A stretch of 64,000 bases of DNA from an uncultured Candidatus Saccharibacteria bacterium (GCA_964385105.1 CAYLMU010000001.1:2252-66251); one strand, 5' to 3'; shown: positions 50,510 to 62,561, counted from the stretch's first letter. The notes: a model not told the origin generated them from the sequence alone. Numbers and translations: made by a program.

Positions 50510-50765
50510 AAGGCAAGTATATATACATTATACAAAAAGAAAAGACTGTTATACCAGTAAAAAATATACTATAATAGTATTACATTAAAATAATCCCATT
50601 TATTTTTGAATAATTTCACGCATTTCTATTTTTAATAGATTTTCAAATCTTGTATTAAGTTTTGGTGTTTATTATGATTACTATGAGATGGTTAGCACAA
50701 CTTACTCTAGGTCATAATGCTAATATTCTTTGTGGTTGTAAAGTTTTTATTAATGTGGATAACTT

Positions 50766-51539
50766 ATGGAAAAGCTGCTTAACTTATTTTTTACACCAAA
50801 ATGCACCCTTTGTAATAAAGTGGTAGGAGGTGTGCTATGTAAATTTTGTTTGCAGGAATGTAAGCTAATTTATTCAACAAACTGTATCGTATGCGACAGG
50901 GCTTCGGTAAACGGCAAAACACATACAAACTGTTTAAAAATAAATGAGCGTGCACCGAATCAAAGCTTTGCAATGTTTGAGTACGATGCATATGTTCGAG
51001 AGTGCATAAAAAATGCTAAATACTCAAAAAAGCAATTTATGGCATTAAAAGTCTTGCTCAAGCACGGCATACTGGATGTAATGAGAAACGGATTAAAGCT
51101 TGACCAAAATTATATTTGCCTGCCCATACCTGTGAGTCGCAAAAAATTTCAGTCGAGGGGGTTTAATCAAGCAGAAATTATTTCTAAGCAAATTTCAAAG
51201 TCGTTTGGACTCAAGCACATGAATAACGTGTTAATTAGAAATCTAGATACTCAGCATCAACATGAAAAATCAAGAACACAAAGATACGAAAATTTAAAAA
51301 ACGCGTTCAGTATAAATAATAAATACACATCCCTAGTTAAAGACCGTAATTTTATATTAGTAGATGATATCTGGACATCAGGTGCCACATTTAAAGAGGC
51401 TTCAAAAGTACTAAAATCTGCCGGAGCTTTGAATGTATATTGTTTAGCCCTTTCAAAAAAGGAAAAAATGCTAAAATCTAAATATGATAAATTTTATTTA
51501 TCAACTCCTACGTACCGCCCGTCCAAGACAATGGCTTAA
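50766..51539 (+). CDS. comFC: ComF-family protein (phosphoribosyltransferase domain)
   Basis: N-terminal 4-Cys zinc finger, C-terminal FILVDDIWTSGAT PRTase motif. Confidence 0.8.
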   Translation: MEKLLNLFFTPKCTLCNKVVGGVLCKFCLQECKLIYSTNCIVCDRASVNGKTHTNCLKINERAPNQSFAMFEYDAYVRECIKNAKYSKKQFMALKVLLKHGILDVMRNGLKLDQNYICLPIPVSRKKFQSRGFNQAEIISKQISKSFGLKHMNNVLIRNLDTQHQHEKSRTQRYENLKNAFSINNKYTSLVKDRNFILVDDIWTSGATFKEASKVLKSAGALNVYCLALSKKEKMLKSKYDKFYLSTPTYRPSKTMA

Positions 51540-52461
51540 AAACTTAAGTGTTTTTGCTGCGCCTATATTTACCGGTACCTTATTTACCGGAAATTCGTTA
51601 ATTAAGTCTTTTGATGCATTTATTGCATTTTGTATATTATCTTCATCGGTTTACTTTTTTAACGACCTGCGGGATGCCGATAAAGACAGACTGCATCCTA
51701 TTAAAAAGAACCGTCCAATTGCTTCTGGTGCACTTTCACCCGCAGCAGCCGGAGTAGCTACCATAATTCTATTAATTATAGGGTTTATATACTCTCTTTA
51801 TTTTGTTGGAACTTATTTTGCATTCGCGGCAGCAATTTATATTTGTATTCAAATCGCATATTCACTTTATTTCAGAAACGTAATTATTATGGAATCATTG
51901 TTTGTAGCCTCAGGATTTATTATTAGGGTATTTGCTGGAGGACTGGCTTCAGAAAGTTCAATTTCTTCATGGCTGATACTAACAACAATAGGTTTGTCTT
52001 TACTTTTGGCATTCGGTAAACGACGTTCGGAAAGAACAATTCTGCTCAAAAAACTTAATCTTGATAACGACGACCAAATCGAAACACGAAAAACATTAAG
52101 GCACTACCCGGATAGTTTGTTAAACAGCATGATTTCAATGTCGGCAACATTTTGTATTTTATCTTATGCACTTTTCACATTTCAAACATCATCTCAAACG
52201 GTATACCCATCTTTGTACAATGTGCTTCCTTCTATACTGCGTAGCCCAAAATGGATGATGCTTACGATTCCGCTTGTTATTTATGGCGTAGCACGTTATT
52301 TATATGTTATTTATGAAAAAGAAGAAGGTGAATCACCTGAGCGAATTCTTTTATCAGACAGGGCACTGCTTTACACTGTAGTTTTGTGGGGAGTTTCAAT
52401 CATGGTTATTATTTATGGACTTCCTTTGTTTTTTGAGGCTATTGGCTCAGGGGTTGAGTAG
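51484..52461 (+). CDS. UbiA-family prenyltransferase (decaprenyl-phosphate phosphoribosyltransferase-like)
   Basis: RPRQWLKN and NDLRDADKDRLHPIKKNRP motifs; annotated ATG overlaps comF by 56 nt so true start may be a downstream non-ATG codon. Confidence 0.75.
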   Translation: MINFIYQLLRTARPRQWLKNLSVFAAPIFTGTLFTGNSLIKSFDAFIAFCILSSSVYFFNDLRDADKDRLHPIKKNRPIASGALSPAAAGVATIILLIIGFIYSLYFVGTYFAFAAAIYICIQIAYSLYFRNVIIMESLFVASGFIIRVFAGGLASESSISSWLILTTIGLSLLLAFGKRRSERTILLKKLNLDNDDQIETRKTLRHYPDSLLNSMISMSATFCILSYALFTFQTSSQTVYPSLYNVLPSILRSPKWMMLTIPLVIYGVARYLYVIYEKEEGESPERILLSDRALLYTVVLWGVSIMVIIYGLPLFFEAIGSGVE

Positions 52462-52705
52462 ACTGGGTTGATTCAAAAGTCTCAAAATCAGAAACGCTGT
52501 TTTCATCCAAGTCATTATCGATAATTGTGTAATACTCCACGTTCGTGTCTTTTTCTCCTAAAATATCGTTATTTTGGAATCTCACGTCATTTTTAAACGC
52601 GGTTAATCCAATGGTTGAAATGGGCATTAAAAGTAATCCCAATAACAAAACCATAAGCAAAACATCGGTAAAAATTCGATGAAAATTAGGCATCATCACC
52701 TCCAA
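52439..52705 (-). CDS. hypothetical membrane-anchored acidic protein
   Basis: 88 aa, N-terminal TM. Confidence 0.4.
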   Translation of the reverse strand: MEVMMPNFHRIFTDVLLMVLLLGLLLMPISTIGLTAFKNDVRFQNNDILGEKDTNVEYYTIIDNDLDENSVSDFETFESTQSTQPLSQ

Positions 52706-53264
52706 ATCTTAAAATATAATCCTCTTCAATATCTATGTACTCTTCTTTAATAACTGAAGAATTTAGCTCAGCTTCACGTTCAATATCATAAATAAATAAA
52801 CCTGTTGAAATTAAAGCTAAAACTAAAGAAGTTACAAAAACCCACGAAAAAATAAATCCTGTAAAAAACATGAATCCGGCTACTAGAGTAACCAGGTATA
52901 AATAAGACAGCCATATTGTACCCTGAGAATAAAGATCAAAAGATGTTTGAATAAGTGAGGTGAGCCTTAAACTAAAAAGTCTTGCTGTTGTTGATGGACG
53001 AATATGCGTATCATGAAAAATATAAGATTTTAATAACACATACAAAACGCCAACCGACAAAACCAATACCATACTTAAAACCGAATAAGAATTGATTAAA
53101 ATATAATCGGAAGAAGTTTCAAACACGAAACCCGACCCACTTAACGAATAAGAAACATTAAAAATATGTGCAAAAACAACAACCGAACAAATACGCACAG
53201 TTAGCAAAACAACTGCCGGAAGTATAGCTTCATCTACTAATTTAATTAATACTTTAGAAAACAT
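52686..53264 (-). CDS. hypothetical polytopic membrane protein
   Basis: 5 TM helices. Confidence 0.5.
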   Translation of the reverse strand: MFSKVLIKLVDEAILPAVVLLTVRICSVVVFAHIFNVSYSLSGSGFVFETSSDYILINSYSVLSMVLVLSVGVLYVLLKSYIFHDTHIRPSTTARLFSLRLTSLIQTSFDLYSQGTIWLSYLYLVTLVAGFMFFTGFIFSWVFVTSLVLALISTGLFIYDIEREAELNSSVIKEEYIDIEEDYILRFGGDDA

Positions 53265-53298
53265 AGAGCAGGATTACCTTTAGTATAATGATACTATC

Positions 53299-54537
53299 AT
53301 GAGCATAAACGCGTCAATTAAAGCATATAAATTTTTGTTTTCACTGCTTCTTTTTTTAACACCGCTTCTTGTTGTAACAAACACAAATGAGCTATATGAA
53401 TTTCCTAAAATGTTTTTTGTTTACTTTGTTGGTAGTACAACAATATTTTTATTTTTTCTTCAGTATGTTTTGTCTAAAGAGCCGCCAAGTTTAAAAAAAT
53501 TTCCTATACCTGTCGCAGCTTTTTTTATAGTTAATATATTTGCAACGGCATTTTCAAGTCATTTGTACACATCTGTTTGGGGATACTACTCAAGATTTAA
53601 TGACGGTATGGTCTCTTTGTTCATTTATATTGGTTTGTTTTATATTTTCATCAATTTAAAAAACATTTTAAACATTGAAAAACTACTTATAATACCCATT
53701 ATTACATTAATACCTATAAACCTCTTTGCTATAACTCAACATTATTTTCGCCACATACCCCGCGTATACTCAACATTCGGAAACCCTAATTGGCTGGCTG
53801 TTTACATTATTATGGTGCTTCCTGTGGTACTGCACTTTTTACTGACCACAAACGAACCTCGCCAAAAAAATTTCTTTATAGCAGTATTTTTGATGTCTTA
53901 TGCGGGTTTATGGTTTACTTACTCACTTTCCGGCTTACTTGGGTTAATTGTTAGTTTGTCGGTTTATGCCTTAATAAACAAAGACACGGTGTTGAAAAAC
54001 CGTAAAACTGTAGGGGTACTATTTTGCTTGATGTTAATTTTTTCATCCCTACAGCCCGGAATATACAAAAGTCGTATCAATGATGTTTTTTTTGATTTAA
54101 AAAAAGTTCATGCACAAGAAAATAAGCAAAATGACACAAATTCAAACCAATTGTCAGACCCGGGGTTTATAAGGCTTAATGTATGGCAGGGAACATTAAA
54201 TATTGTAATGCAAAACCCTAAAAACTTTTTACTTGGAACCGGCCCTGAAACATTTCCTTATGTTTTTCAACAACATCGGCCACAAGAACTTAACTATTCT
54301 TCCGAATGGGATTTTATATTAAATAAACCTCACAACTATTTTCTGGAAATTCTTTCTGAAACCGGAATATCAGGCCTAGCTTCTTTTGTTGCAATTATGT
54401 ACATGTCTTTAAAAAACCGGCACAATTATGCAGCCGCGTCACTGGCAGGTTTTTATACCACGATGTTTTTTGGATTCCCTACAGTGGCTGTGGCCTTATT
54501 ATTTTGGCTCTACATAGGAATAGCATATGAAAAATAA
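53299..54537 (+). CDS. O-antigen ligase (Wzy_C)-like membrane protein
   Basis: ~10 TM with large periplasmic loop; NPNWLAVYI..., GTGPETF motifs. Confidence 0.6.
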   Translation: MSINASIKAYKFLFSLLLFLTPLLVVTNTNELYEFPKMFFVYFVGSTTIFLFFLQYVLSKEPPSLKKFPIPVAAFFIVNIFATAFSSHLYTSVWGYYSRFNDGMVSLFIYIGLFYIFINLKNILNIEKLLIIPIITLIPINLFAITQHYFRHIPRVYSTFGNPNWLAVYIIMVLPVVLHFLLTTNEPRQKNFFIAVFLMSYAGLWFTYSLSGLLGLIVSLSVYALINKDTVLKNRKTVGVLFCLMLIFSSLQPGIYKSRINDVFFDLKKVHAQENKQNDTNSNQLSDPGFIRLNVWQGTLNIVMQNPKNFLLGTGPETFPYVFQQHRPQELNYSSEWDFILNKPHNYFLEILSETGISGLASFVAIMYMSLKNRHNYAAASLAGFYTTMFFGFPTVAVALLFWLYIGIAYEK

Positions 54538-55120
54538 AAAACTGCTTTCACTGGCATTAATATCTGCTTATTTATACTTTATACAGTCAATATTAAACTT
54601 GTACAAAGCCGATATACATTATAAATCATCAGAAAGGTTATTAAGCAAAGGAGAGATTCAACAGGCATACACATATGCCAACAAAGCAGTAGAAAAAAAC
54701 CCAAATGAGCCAGCTTATTTTAGGCAAAGGGCAAAAATTCTTCTTATGTCAACACTTGAACAATCAGATGAAAATAAAACAAAAATTAAGAGCGGGGCAT
54801 TACGAGATCTTCAATATTCCCAAACTCTTAATCCAAATAATATGGCAACTCTACGAAACAATGCCGGATTGTATATGATTTTGGCCGTAAAAGACCTTTC
54901 TCAACCCATATCACCCACAAATATCGACAATAACTATGATTTCACTGTAAAAAATTACTTTAATTTTTTAAAACAAAGGTTTCCCAACGACGCGGGAATT
55001 TATGTGTTAACGGCAAATTTAGAAAAAAGGCTTGGTTTTGAAAAAGAGTATGAACAAACAAAAATCCAAATAAAAACATTGCGCCCTGATTTGCTTGAAT
55101 GGCATCCTGACCTGCAATAA
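54527..55120 (+). CDS. hypothetical membrane-anchored TPR-like protein
   Basis: N-terminal TM, helical repeat region; overlaps upstream gene by 11 nt (likely operon with O-antigen-ligase-like gene). Confidence 0.5.
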   Translation: MKNKKLLSLALISAYLYFIQSILNLYKADIHYKSSERLLSKGEIQQAYTYANKAVEKNPNEPAYFRQRAKILLMSTLEQSDENKTKIKSGALRDLQYSQTLNPNNMATLRNNAGLYMILAVKDLSQPISPTNIDNNYDFTVKNYFNFLKQRFPNDAGIYVLTANLEKRLGFEKEYEQTKIQIKTLRPDLLEWHPDLQ

Positions 55121-55124
55121 CTTT

Positions 55125-56333
55125 TTATTCTATCGACACATAAGTATCTGAAACCCAACCCTCAGTAGTATCATCAACTTTAATCTTTACCCATCCTGGT
55201 GATTCTTCAAGTACACTAAGAGTATCGCCAACATTAACTCTGGCGACTTCGGTTCCGTTTAAACTTGGCTCGCTTCTAACTCTAAGCCAGCCTACACCGG
55301 TTTCTAAAATTGTAGCTTGTTTTCCGCCAACAGCACCCAATCCAAGATAGGTTTCACGGGCTTTTTCAGAAAAACCTGCACTGTCGGTTGAATTTCTTAA
55401 GTAAGCTCCTGTTTTGGCATTTTCTAGAATAGCAGCATTTGCCGTATCGACCGGTTTACCATCCGCGTCGTACAAATTACCGGCATAATCCAAATAAAAA
55501 TCAAAAACTCTATCCTTATTTACACCCAACCCTGATAAATTAACTCCTCGGGTTTGGTTCCAGTAAATAATTGCTTTCACCCATGTAGACGTATTTGACG
55601 TGATATTTATGTTATCTGAATGTACATCATAAATATTTGTTGAGTCTGGTAATAACTCAACCTTCTCAGGAACCGGCTTTGCAAAAAGATTAGTGGAAAC
55701 GTTTAGCTTATGACCGTTGTTAATTTCTATTCGCGCAGTTTGTGTTTCATGACCGGCTTTTTCTATACGCAAATCATATTCACCGGTAGACAGTTCACTT
55801 GATGAATATGGGGTTGTGCCAACTTTTGTACCGTCAACATAAACATCCGCACCTGCCGGTTCGGAAATAATACTTAAAACAATGTCAGAATCGTTTCGTT
55901 CTAGCCAAAAGTTTAAACCTCCCGAAAAAAGGTTGGAAATACCAAGATCTCGTTTCACAACTACTTCGGTACTTGGTACAAAATTAATATTCACCTCGTA
56001 TTCGCTATTTGGATCTTTAAGAACCAGGCGGTTATCACCGGGCTTTATTTCGGAAGAATTAAGAGGAGTTTTTCCAACAAGCTCACCATTAACATAAACC
56101 TCACCCTCTCCATGCATGGTTTCAACAATTAGCGAAGATTTACCTCTAAGTGCGGCCAGGTTGCGAATAAAATCAGCTCCAAAATATATAGCTGCGCCAA
56201 TTCCAAGCAAAAGCAACCCATACACTAAGAAAGTGCTTACTTTATTTGGGGCAGAGGGTTTAGTTTGGTATATAGTCGAAACGGCCATATTAATTAGTAA
56301 CTCCAAATTAGCATGTAGGTGGTAAAATATCAA
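55125..56333 (-). CDS. PEGA-domain protein with C-terminal SH3b domain
   Basis: two PEGA-like units (VYVNGELVGKTP, VYVDGTKVGTTP), C-terminal GWVKIKVDDTTEGWV SH3b-like. Confidence 0.6.
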   Translation of the reverse strand: MIFYHLHANLELLINMAVSTIYQTKPSAPNKVSTFLVYGLLLLGIGAAIYFGADFIRNLAALRGKSSLIVETMHGEGEVYVNGELVGKTPLNSSEIKPGDNRLVLKDPNSEYEVNINFVPSTEVVVKRDLGISNLFSGGLNFWLERNDSDIVLSIISEPAGADVYVDGTKVGTTPYSSSELSTGEYDLRIEKAGHETQTARIEINNGHKLNVSTNLFAKPVPEKVELLPDSTNIYDVHSDNINITSNTSTWVKAIIYWNQTRGVNLSGLGVNKDRVFDFYLDYAGNLYDADGKPVDTANAAILENAKTGAYLRNSTDSAGFSEKARETYLGLGAVGGKQATILETGVGWLRVRSEPSLNGTEVARVNVGDTLSVLEESPGWVKIKVDDTTEGWVSDTYVSIE

Positions 56334-56361
56334 TGTTATTGTGAACGCGGTAAGTTATAAT

Positions 56362-56438
56362 TGGAGATCCGGGCGGGATTCGAACCCGCGAATAAGGGTT
56401 TTGCAGACCCTCCCCTTAGACCACTTGGGTACCGGACC
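56362..56438 (-). tRNA. tRNA-Cys (anticodon GCA), U73 discriminator
   Basis: manual fold: GGUCCGG acceptor, AGGGU-CUGCAAA-ACCCU anticodon arm, GTTCGAAT T-loop, ..U-CCA end. Confidence 0.75.
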
Positions 56439-56579
56439 TTATAGGACTATATACTAACATGATTTAGGATAACTAACTACTTGAACTTCGCTTTTTGTTC
56501 GGATAATATGGGGTGACTGAAATACCATTCCAGAATATATTCACTAAATGAAGACTTCTTTTCTACTTGGACATCAGAG

Positions 56580-57236
56580 ATGGCTTATGTGCTAGGTTTT
56601 TGGTATGCGGACGGATACATGCGCCACGACAAATCATACAGAGTGGTATTTAGCTCTAAAGATTCGGAACACCTTACTGAAATAGCACATATACTACCTT
56701 CTACATCACCTATTGAACACATACGCGATTCCTACTCTCTACTTGTAGTAAGATCAAAAAAGCTTTATATAGACTTACTTAATCTAGGCGGGACACCAAA
56801 TAAATCTAAAACACTCAGATTTCCGGCTATTCCACGATTTTATATTAGAGATTTTATTAGAGGATATTTTGATGGTGATGGAAGTGTACACAAGATTACA
56901 TATAAAGCGAGTAAAAATGGAAAGCAATATACTGAATTTAGGAGCAATTTCACTTGTGGCACCAGAAGCTTTCTGGTCACTCTTGAAGATATTTTACACA
57001 AAGAAGTAAATTTACAAAAAAAAGTAATTGGTCAATACGGAATAAATCAATTTAAACTTGGATACGGTCAAAAAAACACACTCCAACTACTTGAGTACAT
57101 GTATTATGACAAATGTCAGTGCTCCTTAAAGAGAAAAGCAATGTACCTAAATATGATGAAGTTGCAGAAAATCAGTTATAATGAGGAAAAACATGAACTC
57201 AAAAGAAATACTAAACAAATACATAAACTTTTATAA
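56580..57236 (+). mobile_element. free-standing LAGLIDADG homing endonuclease gene (two-motif, single-chain type)
   Basis: LGFWYADGYM and IRGYFDGDGSV LAGLIDADG motifs; overlaps alaS start by ~44 nt. Confidence 0.75.
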
Positions 57237-59013
57237 AGAACGCGGGCATCGGCTAATACCAAACGTTTCACTTGTTCCTGAAAACGACCCAACACTTTTA
57301 TTCGTAAACTCTGGAGTTTTTCTGTTGGTACCGTATGTTTTCGGAGAGACCCACCCTTTGGGCAAAAGGTTAATGAATGTACAACGATGTGTACGTTTTG
57401 AAGACCTTGAAAATGTGGGCATATCAAACAGGCACACAATTGCGTTCCACATGATCGGCAACTGGAGCTTGGGGGATTATTTTAAAGAGACTCAACTTCC
57501 GTGGAAATATGAGTTTTTTATTGAAGTTCTTGGACTTGATGTTAATAAAATTTATGGAACTGTTTTTGCTGGCGATAGCAACGCACCCAAAGACAGGGAA
57601 TCTGTTGAACTCTTAAAAAATATTTTTGCAAAATATGGAATTGATGCTAAAGAAGGCGAGAGGATTTTTGCATATGGAAAAGATTCAAACTGGTGGAAAA
57701 GAGGAGATGCCGTAGGTGAGCCCGGAGGACCAAGCAGTGAAATTTTTTATTACATCGGCTCTGACGGAGACGGCAATGGTTTAGATCCTGCTGAAAACGA
57801 GGATTTATTTATTGAAATCGGCAATAGTGTGTTTATGCGGTATAAAAAAACAGAGAACGGGTGGGAAGAACTTGCACAAAAAAATGTTGACTTTGGCGGC
57901 GGGCTTGAACGTATTGCGTTAGCAGTTCAAAAAAAACAAGATATTTTTGAAACAGACAACTTTTGGCCGATTATTCAAAAAATAGAAGAAATAAGCGGAA
58001 AGCAGTATGGTTATGATGAAGTTACTACAAAAGCAATGAGAATTTTAGCCGATCATATGAGAACTGCCACATTTATGGCCATGGACGATGTGATGCCGTC
58101 AAACAAAGATCGCGGTTATTTAATGCGCAGAATTTTAAGAAGAATGGTGCGAGCTGGAAAAACCTTAAATCTTGAACAAGGTATATCAACCACGTTATTG
58201 CCTGTTGTCGCCGAAACTTTTGAGTGGCTCTATCCGCAAATAATCCAAAAACAAGAAAAAATCCAACAAGTATTTGAAGAAGAAGAAAATAAATTTAGAA
58301 AAACCCTCAATAAAGGCTCAAAAGAAGCAGAAAAAATCCTGAACTCTTTTAAAGGGAGCGAGGCGGATCTTGGTAAACATGCTTTTAATTTGTACCAATC
58401 AATGGGTTATCCGGTTGAAATATTTATTGAAGACATAAAAGACTATGGTTTAGAGGTTGAGTTAGACGAAATTGAAGAAGAATACGAAAATTTAATAAGC
58501 GAGCACAAAAACCAATCACGTGAAGGTGCTGAACAAAAGTTTAAAGGAGGTTTGGCCGATACAAGTGAACAAACTATTAAATATCACACAACTACACATT
58601 TGTTGCATTGGGCTTTAAGACAAACATTAGGTTCCCAAGTTCAACAACAAGGAAGCAATATAACAGGCGAAAGGTTGAGATTTGATTTTTCCTGGTCTGA
58701 ACAATTAAGCACTAGCCAAATAAAAAAAGTAGAAGAGTTTGTTAACGAAAAGATAGGTGAGGCACTACCGGTGCAATGTGTTGTTTTACCACGCGAAGAA
58801 GCAGAAAAAACAGGCGCTTTAAGTTTTTTTAAAGAAAAATATGCAGATTTGGTAAAAGTTTATTTTATTGGAGAAACTATAGAAAATGCGGTAAGTAAAG
58901 AATTCTGCGGTGGACCACATGTAGAAAACACAGGCGAATTAAAACCCATTGAAATTTATAAACAAAAAAAGCTTGGCGAGGATGTGATTAGGGTTTATGC
59001 AAGGTTTAGATAG
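57193..59013 (+). CDS. alaS: alanine--tRNA ligase, short form lacking C-Ala domain
   Basis: class II motifs, N-terminal ...VPENDPTLLFVNSGV, editing-domain HTTTHLLHWAL and CGGPHV; 606 aa. Confidence 0.9.
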   Translation: MNSKEILNKYINFYKERGHRLIPNVSLVPENDPTLLFVNSGVFLLVPYVFGETHPLGKRLMNVQRCVRFEDLENVGISNRHTIAFHMIGNWSLGDYFKETQLPWKYEFFIEVLGLDVNKIYGTVFAGDSNAPKDRESVELLKNIFAKYGIDAKEGERIFAYGKDSNWWKRGDAVGEPGGPSSEIFYYIGSDGDGNGLDPAENEDLFIEIGNSVFMRYKKTENGWEELAQKNVDFGGGLERIALAVQKKQDIFETDNFWPIIQKIEEISGKQYGYDEVTTKAMRILADHMRTATFMAMDDVMPSNKDRGYLMRRILRRMVRAGKTLNLEQGISTTLLPVVAETFEWLYPQIIQKQEKIQQVFEEEENKFRKTLNKGSKEAEKILNSFKGSEADLGKHAFNLYQSMGYPVEIFIEDIKDYGLEVELDEIEEEYENLISEHKNQSREGAEQKFKGGLADTSEQTIKYHTTTHLLHWALRQTLGSQVQQQGSNITGERLRFDFSWSEQLSTSQIKKVEEFVNEKIGEALPVQCVVLPREEAEKTGALSFFKEKYADLVKVYFIGETIENAVSKEFCGGPHVENTGELKPIEIYKQKKLGEDVIRVYARFR

Positions 59014-59104
59014 GATTAATATACTTGACGCTCTCATATAACGAGTGCTAATATTTTACTCGCAAACGCACAACAACAGTACAAAATTAATTTAGAAAGA
59101 ACTT

Positions 59105-59398
59105 ATGGCAAAAAATAAATTAAAACCATTATCAGACTATTTATTAATTGAAACGCTTGAAGAAGAAACAACTCTTCCTTCAGGAATAGTTATTCCCGAT
59201 ACGGCAAAAGAAAAACCCCAAAAAGGTAAAATTATAGCTGCAGGTCCCGGTAAAAAAGAAGACGGTAAAAGAATGGAAATGGATGTAAAAGTCGGCGATG
59301 TTGTAATGTTCAAAAAATGGGGCGGTACAGAAGTTAAAGTAGAAGGCAAAGAATATCTTCTGGTTAGAGAAGACGATATTCTGGCTATTTTTGAATAA
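59105..59398 (+). CDS. groES: co-chaperonin GroES
   Basis: LKPLSDYLLIE...mobile loop, 97 aa, upstream of groEL. Confidence 0.95.
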   Translation: MAKNKLKPLSDYLLIETLEEETTLPSGIVIPDTAKEKPQKGKIIAAGPGKKEDGKRMEMDVKVGDVVMFKKWGGTEVKVEGKEYLLVREDDILAIFE

Positions 59399-59425
59399 AG
59401 TATATATTTAATTTAAATGTTTTAA

Positions 59426-61078
<1,653 letters not shown>

Positions 61079-61104
61079 AAAGACTTGAGCATTGGTAACT
61101 ATTT

Positions 61105-61131
61105 AAACCCCGGATTTTCCGGGGTTTTTTG
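61105..61131 (+). terminator. intrinsic terminator after groEL (AAACCCCGGA...TCCGGGGTTT + T-run)
   Basis: 10-bp GC-rich stem, TTTTTT. Confidence 0.85.
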
Positions 61132-61207
61132 ACTATCGGCCTAGAGGGTGTCGTATTCATTTTCATCCTCATAGATTATATTCACGACAAATTAAACTAA
61201 GCTTACA

Positions 61208-61240
61208 GGGCACTGAAAACACAAATCAGTGCCTTTTTTC
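61208..61240 (+). terminator. second intrinsic terminator (GGGCACTGA...TCAGTGCC + T6)
   Basis: 8-9 bp stem then TTTTTTCTTTTT, 75 nt downstream of the first. Confidence 0.6.
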
Positions 61241-61286
61241 TTTTTATACTATATTCCACACACACTATTGTGCTATCATTTATTTA

Positions 61287-61670
61287 ATGGAAGCCCAAAC
61301 CCCAAAAAAAATCTTAATAGTCGAAGATGAACAAGCACTAGGTAAGATTCTTGTTGATAAACTAAATAATCAGGGTTATGTGACCTTTTACGAAGAAAAC
61401 GGGCAAAACGGCTTAACTATGGCACTTTCAGAACACCCTGACCTTATAATTTTAGACCTGATGATGCCTGTAATGGACGGTATAGAAATGTTAAAAAATC
61501 TAAGACAAGACAACTGGGGTAAAAATGCAAAAGTAATTATAATGACAAACATTACACACGACCAAAAAATGGAAGATGCAATAAAATATGGGGTTTACGA
61601 ATATTTGGTGAAGTCAAACTGGGATCTTGATGACGTGATTGAAAAAATAAAAAATAATTTAGACAATTAG
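61287..61670 (+). CDS. stand-alone response-regulator receiver (REC/CheY-like) protein
   Basis: ILIVEDE...phospho-acceptor D in IILDLMMP, T/K in IIMTN... no output domain. Confidence 0.85.
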   Translation: MEAQTPKKILIVEDEQALGKILVDKLNNQGYVTFYEENGQNGLTMALSEHPDLIILDLMMPVMDGIEMLKNLRQDNWGKNAKVIIMTNITHDQKMEDAIKYGVYEYLVKSNWDLDDVIEKIKNNLDN

Positions 61671-61682
61671 CCTTTTATATAT

Positions 61683-62561
61683 TTATACATTATCCAAATC
61701 TTTTAATATCTTTTCAGCATGGTCAAATTTATTAAAGTGAATAAAGTTGCTACTAACCACTTCTGTAGTTTTTTTGTCGCGCATATACCAAAGTTGTATT
61801 GTCATAGCGATAAATTCAACAGTGTCAATTATGCTGCTGTTGTACTTTGACGATGCTTTTGGTTTTTTTGGCATATTAACTTTAAAAAACGGGAAATACG
61901 AAAAGAGCCACTTATTGCTTGATATAAATTTAAAATAGGTATCGTCCCTATTTATGAGTGGGTGCATAAGCAAAATTTCGTGTGCTGTATAAATATTTTG
62001 TTTGGATTTTTCCCACATTAGGGCGTCGTCCGACAAATAAATATTCGGACAAACTTTTTTGTGAAAGTTTTCATCGGTTCTATATTTATTATGTAGCTTT
62101 AAAAGCAATACAACAAAAAAACGTGTTAACCACAGGCGATTTTTTTCGGTAATAATAAACACATCAATGTCATCTTTTTTTTGAGCATTGTATGCTGCAA
62201 CCGACCCCGTCACAGCCAGCATTTTAATCCATTTTATTTGCTTTAAAATATTTGCCGTTTCATAAGCCTCTTTTAATAATTTTCGGGAATTTGCTGCTCT
62301 TGAGTTCCAGTTGACCGTCTTATGCCCAAATAGGTAATACAAGCCTTTTTTATAACTAATGCGTTTTTTTTTAATTAAGTACTCCAGGCGCTGTTTTATA
62401 ACTTTTTCATTGATTTCAATTTCCAGAGGTTCTTCGGGACAAATAAAAAAAGTACACAATTGATGAAAAGTTACCCGTGAGCTAAATATAGACCTATATC
62501 TTAAGGTTTCCAAAATTGCGCTGTCATAAAAAGATTCCAATTCTTTATTTTTGTTTGACAT
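61683..62561 (-). CDS. Pol-beta-superfamily nucleotidyltransferase-domain protein with ~120-aa N-terminal extension
   Basis: GS-x10-DDIDV (hG[GS]x9-13Dh[DE]h) minimal NTase motif; helical C-terminal region. Confidence 0.5.
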   Translation of the reverse strand: MSNKNKELESFYDSAILETLRYRSIFSSRVTFHQLCTFFICPEEPLEIEINEKVIKQRLEYLIKKKRISYKKGLYYLFGHKTVNWNSRAANSRKLLKEAYETANILKQIKWIKMLAVTGSVAAYNAQKKDDIDVFIITEKNRLWLTRFFVVLLLKLHNKYRTDENFHKKVCPNIYLSDDALMWEKSKQNIYTAHEILLMHPLINRDDTYFKFISSNKWLFSYFPFFKVNMPKKPKASSKYNSSIIDTVEFIAMTIQLWYMRDKKTTEVVSSNFIHFNKFDHAEKILKDLDNV

